Shown here piece after piece: positions 58,810-64,000 of a DNA stretch of 64,000 bases. The notes under the pieces are model-generated. The model had not been told where the DNA came from, searched no databases, and was given only the letters and a program-made list of their open reading frames with translations. A program made the position numbers and the translations under genes. Every line of letters starts with the position of its first letter. Within the stretch, counting starts at the first letter, position 1. This stretch comes from a virus: IMG/VR virus record IMGVR_UViG_3300028874_000014, positions 2,396-66,395 of that record; one strand, written 5' to 3'.

Positions 58810-59556
58810 ATGAACCAAAAATATAGTTTAGTAAGAGACACACTTGATTCTCGCGATTTGAAATTTAGTGTTGCTCCGATTGAAGTCTTACCTGCTCAGG
58901 TAGATTTACGTCCAAGGATGCCTGCCGTATATGATCAAGGACAATTAGGTAGTTGTTCTGGTAATGCAGTAGCTGCAGCATTTCAATATGATCAATTGAA
59001 GGAAAGTATTACATCATGGACTCCTTCTCGTTTATTCATTTATTATAATGAACGTCTTTTAGAAGGGACCACGAACAAAGATGATGGTGCACAACTCCGA
59101 GATGGTATTAAGGTCATTAGTACATATGGGGTATGTGATGAATCTATTTGGGTTTATGACATTGCCAAGTTTACACAAAAGCCAAGTGATGAGGCTTATT
59201 CTCAAGCTAAATTGCATACCGCTTTATTGTATCAACGAGTGGATCAAACTTTATCTGCATTGAAACACGCATTAGCTAGTAATTTTCCGGTGGTAGTTGG
59301 TATTACATTGTTTGATGCATTTGAATCTCAGGAAGTCGCAGAATCTGGGATTGTTCCGATGCCGCATCCAACCGATAATTGTTTAGGTGGACATGCAGTA
59401 GTAGTCGTTGGCTATGACGATGCAAAGCAATTATTCACGATGCGTAATAGCTGGGGTCCAGATTGGGGTGATCAAGGATACTTCTATTTGCCATATGAAT
59501 ATTTAACCAATCCACAATTTGGTATGGACTATTGGGTTGTTACTAGCGTCCAGTAA
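58810..59556 (+). CDS. Papain-like (C1A) cysteine peptidase
   Basis: 'QGQLGSCSGNA', 'GGHAV..VGYDD', 'RNSWG..WG..GYF'; ATAAATA late promoter. Confidence 0.92.
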   Translation: MNQKYSLVRDTLDSRDLKFSVAPIEVLPAQVDLRPRMPAVYDQGQLGSCSGNAVAAAFQYDQLKESITSWTPSRLFIYYNERLLEGTTNKDDGAQLRDGIKVISTYGVCDESIWVYDIAKFTQKPSDEAYSQAKLHTALLYQRVDQTLSALKHALASNFPVVVGITLFDAFESQEVAESGIVPMPHPTDNCLGGHAVVVVGYDDAKQLFTMRNSWGPDWGDQGYFYLPYEYLTNPQFGMDYWVVTSVQ

Positions 59557-59662
59557 TTTTACACATCGATAGAGGCGGCCAGGGAGCGTGCTATAGGAAA
59601 GAACGGTGTTATATCATTATAATTTTCTAAGCTTATAGGCGCCGCTATAACGTATCAGGCAT

Positions 59663-59697
59663 AACAAAAAGGAGACTCGCAATGAGTCTCCTTTTTT
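59663..59697. terminator. Bidirectional terminator (near-identical copy at 60067-60102)
   Basis: aacaaaaaggagactc-gcaat-gagtctcctttttt. Confidence 0.88.
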
Positions 59698-59709
59698 CTT
59701 TGGGAGAGG

Positions 59710-59964
59710 TCAGACTTCGTCTGTGTTCAACTTTCCCAAGAATTCGTAAACATCACCAAAGTACTCGCAATCAGCATCAATTGTCGGAACAACGTGACGG
59801 CCATTTTCCTCGGTGTAATAGACGCCATACGGAAATTTGGTTTTCAATTCGATGACTTCAGTATTGGTCAATTTCCGTGTTAACCAATACTGAATGGCTT
59901 CTGGCTCATCACCAACTTGAACTTGGTTACAATCTTCATCGATTGCCATAGAAATGATTGTCAT
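59710..59964 (-). CDS. Hypothetical early protein
   Basis: GGAAG RBS before ATG at 59964; early promoter at 60007-60036. Confidence 0.65.
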   Translation of the reverse strand: MTIISMAIDEDCNQVQVGDEPEAIQYWLTRKLTNTEVIELKTKFPYGVYYTEENGRHVVPTIDADCEYFGDVYEFLGKLNTDEV

Positions 59965-60006
59965 GTTTTTCTTCCGGTTTGTTAACTTGTTTCTTGATGA
60001 TGAACC

Positions 60007-60036
60007 ATTATACATAAAGTTTTCTGAAATGTAAAC
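60007..60036 (-). promoter_or_regulatory. Early promoter GTTTACA-N17-TATAAT
   Basis: Matches T4-type early promoter consensus. Confidence 0.85.
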
Positions 60037-60066
60037 AATTTTTAAGCAAGATAGTGAAAACAGTAC

Positions 60067-60102
60067 AACAAAAAAGGAGACTCACAATGAGTCTCCTTTT
60101 TT
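60067..60102. terminator. Terminator (repeat of 59663-59697)
   Basis: aacaaaaaaggagactc-acaat-gagtctcctttttt. Confidence 0.88.
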
Positions 60103-60122
60103 ACCGCATTGGATCAGATTTG

Positions 60123-60533
60123 TTAGACTTTGGCCGCGTCCAACTTTTCCAGCATGGCTTCGAGTTCCGACATCGTTGCATTCGTGATGAGTGCATCTTT
60201 CTGGCCTGCCATGGCTGCCAGGATTTTTTGCTTTTGAGCGCGGATTTCCGTGGCTCGGATATTTGCATCACGTTCAGCGATCTTGATACCGATGATATGC
60301 TTCACGATATCGAACTTCGTTTGAAGGTCGTCGCTGGGTTTGGCGGCCGGAGTAACAAACGAAACTTCTTCATTTGTTGCTTTCAATTGGCGGTGTAGGC
60401 CTTTTGCAATATCATCGAGATTCGGTTTGGCTGCTACTGTGCTGGACAGTGGGAGGTCCCACAGGTCTTCTGCTGTGATTTGGCCTTTTGGCGATTCAAA
60501 ACGGAGTTTCAGGCGCGATGCGATTTCAAACAT
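60123..60533 (-). CDS. Conserved-looking phage hypothetical protein (EDLWDLPL motif)
   Basis: AAGGA RBS; co-transcribed with the 692-aa gene. Confidence 0.75.
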   Translation of the reverse strand: MFEIASRLKLRFESPKGQITAEDLWDLPLSSTVAAKPNLDDIAKGLHRQLKATNEEVSFVTPAAKPSDDLQTKFDIVKHIIGIKIAERDANIRATEIRAQKQKILAAMAGQKDALITNATMSELEAMLEKLDAAKV

Positions 60534-60560
60534 GGTGATATTTCCTTTTTGTGTAAAAAA

Positions 60561-62639
60561 TTAGAATACAATCTTGATTGTACGTGCGAAGCTTCCCTTG
60601 ACTTTGCAGATAAGGGTATTCTTTTGTGTTGATGAGAACCCAAGGCCACTGAGTTGATTTGATGAATCATCGACCTTCATCTTGGATCCTACCATTTCAA
60701 ACACTTTGCGATGGACATTCAGTTCTTCTTTCAGGAACTCGTTAAAGAATCCACGAGCTGTATCATTATTGATACATCCATCAAGCATGAAGAAGTAGTG
60801 TTTGTTACCCACTGCTTTTTCATCCCAGAAGTTCGGTGAAAGCATCATCACTTCGACCTTACTGAATTCATTGGTTTGAAGTCCCCACACTTTTTTGGAA
60901 CTTGCCGATTCCGGCAGATGATGCTTAATCGTGAACTGTCCGGCTTTCAGTGTAACTTCGGCAACCGTCACCCATTCTTTGTTCTTCATTGGCTTATCGT
61001 ATTCATACTGGAATACTTGACCACCGAATTCGATTTCAGCTTTGAATCCACCTTGAGTCGGGCTGCGGAGATTCCAGTTATGAACCTTACAGATATACCG
61101 GCCTTCTGGCATTTTGCTCAGGGTCGGGAATGTGATGTTCTCGACTGGGATATAACCAACCGGTGCTTCTGGTGTGTAATCCACATCTTGAACACCGCCA
61201 GACTTATAATGGCTTCGGTGATTCCAGCCTACTCGGTCCGAATTACCATAGGTATCATGGAATCCATTTTCTGGTAGAGTATGATTACCTGGCATAAAGA
61301 CATGCAAGTCCATCAGCGAGGCATTCCGTTTATCATAGTTCCATGAATGAGTGAATCGGAATACTCCGTCGACGCGGCCACCACGCTCTTGAACTGCTTT
61401 GCGCATATCCGAATCAGCAAGTTCACCAGAATATGACCAGCTGAATTTGTTTGGCCATTTGAATAGATCTCCGGCTGTTGGATCCGCCGGAGCAATCAGG
61501 CTCACCAAATTACTGGCATGTTTGTTTTCAATCAAGACTTCAATTGATTCTGCTTTAGGCAGAATCTTGGCAATGAAGTCTTCGATCGAAACTTCTTCGA
61601 CCTTATCGAATTTTTTGGCGTTTGTGCCAGCCACTGGCAATTCGTCGAAGATGTCACTGGTCAGGACTTTCTTCGCTTCGCGATTCGCGAACAGGATATT
61701 ATTGATCGTGATGTCGTTGATTGTTGCATAGCGACGTTCAAGTGCCGATACCAGACCAAGGGTTTCAAGTTCCTTTTTAGCTTTATCACGCATACCCTTA
61801 GTGATTACAGCCGTCGGACGCTTGTAGTTTGCTGGTGCGACCTTTGATTCAAACATTTTGACGGCATCTTCCAGCTCAATTTCTTTAGACAAATCGACAA
61901 GCAAGGAGCCAATCACCGAGCTTCGAATGCTGGCGACGGCGCCAGACACCGTATCCATCGAAGTCCACACAAAGATATCTTTTTGTTCATTTGTTTTCAG
62001 TTTCATGAAAGCTTTCTTGAGCTTTTCAAAAGCCTTAACAGTACCTTCATGTTCTGTACCACGATACAAGGAGCCTTGAGCAATCAGCTCGAGAACCGTA
62101 TCAATTGATTCGGTTGTGATTTCAGTCAAGGCTCGGAAAAACACATCGTGTGTCGAACGTAGACCACCGAGGATTGTCGCAATTTCAGCATTCTTGGCAA
62201 CGTGGTTTGACTGGATATTGACCGAGAAATGTTCCCACATCTTGGCGCCTTCGACGAGTTGCTCGAAGTTTATGCCAGTTCCGGCCAAACGTTCATAATG
62301 CAGGAATACATCGCCGATTGGTTTCGATTTGATCAACGCTGAAAGTGCATCAGCAACAGCTTGGTAACCCGGTTCACTTGGAACCGAAATATCCCAGATG
62401 GTTTCGATTTTGCCGTCGATGATAGCAACACAATCACCAATGGTTCGGATGAATTGTTTACAACAGCTACATGCATGTTCCGACCGCTCACGATACAACG
62501 GATTGGTTCCGGCTGGAAAGCTTCCGATGTACTTATTCCAGATATCATCTTTTTCAATGTTGACACGGAACATCCGCGAATGCTTTTGCATGCGTTCGAA
62601 TTGCTTGGCTACTGCTTGTTTCAAGACGCTGAAATTCAT
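60561..62639 (-). CDS. Large hypothetical early protein (H-x-CSCC motif; 'DLH' and 'ENI' motifs)
   Basis: 692-aa ORF, AGGA RBS, visibly more GC-rich codons than late genes. Confidence 0.8.
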   Translation of the reverse strand: MNFSVLKQAVAKQFERMQKHSRMFRVNIEKDDIWNKYIGSFPAGTNPLYRERSEHACSCCKQFIRTIGDCVAIIDGKIETIWDISVPSEPGYQAVADALSALIKSKPIGDVFLHYERLAGTGINFEQLVEGAKMWEHFSVNIQSNHVAKNAEIATILGGLRSTHDVFFRALTEITTESIDTVLELIAQGSLYRGTEHEGTVKAFEKLKKAFMKLKTNEQKDIFVWTSMDTVSGAVASIRSSVIGSLLVDLSKEIELEDAVKMFESKVAPANYKRPTAVITKGMRDKAKKELETLGLVSALERRYATINDITINNILFANREAKKVLTSDIFDELPVAGTNAKKFDKVEEVSIEDFIAKILPKAESIEVLIENKHASNLVSLIAPADPTAGDLFKWPNKFSWSYSGELADSDMRKAVQERGGRVDGVFRFTHSWNYDKRNASLMDLHVFMPGNHTLPENGFHDTYGNSDRVGWNHRSHYKSGGVQDVDYTPEAPVGYIPVENITFPTLSKMPEGRYICKVHNWNLRSPTQGGFKAEIEFGGQVFQYEYDKPMKNKEWVTVAEVTLKAGQFTIKHHLPESASSKKVWGLQTNEFSKVEVMMLSPNFWDEKAVGNKHYFFMLDGCINNDTARGFFNEFLKEELNVHRKVFEMVGSKMKVDDSSNQLSGLGFSSTQKNTLICKVKGSFARTIKIVF

Positions 62640-62850
62640 GATAGGCTTTTCCTATTATTGTTTGATGATCAAAGCAAATTGATTAATTTGCAGATTTTTC
62701 GCGACGGACCGGCTTATTGAACTTACGACCTTTGAAACGCTCATCGGAATGTTTAGCATCCCGGGGTTCTTATTAGTACGTTGGAACCCACCTACAGAAT
62801 CTTCAAATTTCTGAGTATTCATTATTTTTGAAAGTTTACAAAGTGAAAGA

Positions 62851-62880
62851 ATTTTACATCAGCATTTTAAAAATGTACAC
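62851..62880 (-). promoter_or_regulatory. Early promoter TGTACA-N17-TAAAAT
   Basis: Recurring early motif with 17-nt spacer. Confidence 0.7.
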
Positions 62881-62889
62881 CGATTTAAA

Positions 62890-63450
62890 TCAACTATTTA
62901 ATTCAAGCAATTTCCGCACTTTCTGGAGTTCATCTTTTGAATGGGCGACTTGGCCTTCATTCATTTCCAGATACCACTGGTACAATTCTTTTTTAGTTTG
63001 GAGCTTATTCACGTTATATGTGATATCAGTCCGCATAAGTAACAGGTTTGGTTTATCGAAATCTGAAAGATAAGTTCCACCGAACACCGGGATTTTATTA
63101 GCCATGAAATCTAGAATAGTAGTAAGGCGTTGTTTTCCATCTACTAGGACTACTGTTTCTGGGAGATCGGAATGTTTTGCATGGTTTTCACCACCGAATA
63201 CAGGTGAATTGAACCGAAGAGGCTGGACCTGGCCACCTTTAAGCATGAATTCGATGAATTTGATCTTGGTATCCATATCCCAAACATGACCGCGCTGAAA
63301 TTCTGGATCAAGATCAATCCCATAAGACTTTTTCCACCGAGTCAAGGTGTCATCGATTGCATCCCAGCTTAAACAAAGGCCTTGGCCTACATAAGTCAGT
63401 GAAGGAATATCTGCGATGTTCATGATGTTCTTTATTGGTGATTGGATCAT
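62890..63450 (-). CDS. DUF262 (ParB/Srx-fold, GmrS-like) domain protein
   Basis: 'LDPEFQRGHVWD', 'LVDGKQRLTTI..F', 'MNEG'. Confidence 0.85.
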   Translation of the reverse strand: MIQSPIKNIMNIADIPSLTYVGQGLCLSWDAIDDTLTRWKKSYGIDLDPEFQRGHVWDMDTKIKFIEFMLKGGQVQPLRFNSPVFGGENHAKHSDLPETVVLVDGKQRLTTILDFMANKIPVFGGTYLSDFDKPNLLLMRTDITYNVNKLQTKKELYQWYLEMNEGQVAHSKDELQKVRKLLELNS

Positions 63451-63456
63451 GTACCT

Positions 63457-63485
63457 ATTTTAACACAATCTTTAAAATTTGTACA
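63457..63485 (-). promoter_or_regulatory. Early promoter TGTACA-N17-TAAAAT
   Basis: Recurring early motif directly upstream of the DUF262 gene. Confidence 0.65.
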
Positions 63486-63488
63486 TCA

Positions 63489-63683
63489 TTATACGAAATC
63501 TTTATCCACGCGTAGCATGGGATCTGCATAGGCCAAATGTCTATGTTTGATATACCGAAGAAGGATAGATTCTGGTTTAAATTGATGTTCCCACTCCGCT
63601 TTAGTTCTCGGGAGATCTGGGTCTTTGATAATTCTGAGTTCTATCATATCGCCAGGATTTATGTATACTATCCGTGTTGTCAT
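63489..63683 (-). CDS. Small hypothetical early protein
   Basis: Stop/start overlap with upstream gene. Confidence 0.6.
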   Translation of the reverse strand: MTTRIVYINPGDMIELRIIKDPDLPRTKAEWEHQFKPESILLRYIKHRHLAYADPMLRVDKDFV

Positions 63684-63880
63684 TATAGTTCTACCACAAT
63701 ATATTCATTACCGTTAAATTCTACACAGAAACGCTCATCGCATTTAAAGCATTGTTCTGTGGATCTAGAAAGCCGCCCAGTGCAGCCTTGGATAACATAG
63801 TCACCAATCGTATCTTCCATGAGAGTATCACATCTCGGGCAACGAAACCGTGCATTTTCATCTTCGGTTTTAAAAGTCAT
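63683..63880 (-). CDS. Small Zn-ribbon protein
   Basis: CPRC...CFKC; early promoter upstream. Confidence 0.65.
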   Translation of the reverse strand: MTFKTEDENARFRCPRCDTLMEDTIGDYVIQGCTGRLSRSTEQCFKCDERFCVEFNGNEYIVVEL

Positions 63881-63907
63881 GATAGCTCAATAAAAAGTAT
63901 TTGTTCT

Positions 63908-63937
63908 ATAGTACACTGACAAATCTTTCTTGTAAAC
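63908..63937 (-). promoter_or_regulatory. Early promoter GTTTACA-N17-TACTAT
   Basis: Matches T4-type early promoter consensus. Confidence 0.8.
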
Positions 63938-64000
63938 TATTTTTTTGATAAATAGTGTTGTACATTATACTTAAAAAAAGGATAACCTAATGTCAGACAT

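Noticed and set aside
57058-60102. CRISPR-like array from repeated GGAGAC...GTCTCC palindromes
   Set aside because: Copies are hundreds to thousands of nt apart, flank genes and carry poly-T tails, as terminators do.
715-63800. Many short antisense or alternate-frame ORFs nested in long genes (e.g. 1178-1582, 9187-9603, 48874-49296, 55221-55727, 60876-61277)
   Set aside because: Shadow ORFs of well-supported genes, without RBS or motifs.
1-64000. tRNA, tmRNA or rRNA genes
   Set aside because: No cloverleaf with T-loop GTTCRA and acceptor stem was found by eye in the intergenic regions; a tRNAscan/ARAGORN run would be needed to exclude them fully.

Overview
AT-rich segment of a large T4-related (Tevenvirinae-like / jumbo myovirus) phage genome; the two-component spanins point to a Gram-negative host. 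It holds a replication block (SLT transglycosylase, primase, helicase plus a second helicase-like ATPase) and a cluster of late-promoter accessory enzymes (RNA-ligase-like protein, PD-(D/E)XK exonuclease, RimK ATP-grasp ligase fused to a RimB-like protease, 2OG-Fe(II) oxygenase). A long minus-strand block encodes lysis and baseplate genes (PAAR, M23+GH108 lysin, spanins, holin, giant wedge proteins, gp6, gp25, gp5, hub, gp53). It is followed by gp55 sigma, a free-standing homing endonuclease, gp47/gp46, a resolvase, the tape measure gene, the head module (intein-containing portal, protease, core/scaffold, major capsid) and an early-gene region. Most notable: (1) a 132-nt, direct-repeat-flanked, four-way-junction-folding insert with two stop codons that splits the giant baseplate gene in frame, a candidate translational-bypass element or mini-intron; (2) an unannotated -1 programmed frameshift extending the gp26-like chaperone; (3) a shared R[MI]xxLAG[ILV] motif and L/I-x-E leaders suggesting a head-targeting system for injected cargo; (4) a ~690-nt densely structured non-coding region; (5) an internally deleted anti-CBASS acb1/57B pseudogene. 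Family assignments rest on motif recognition only; no database search was run.
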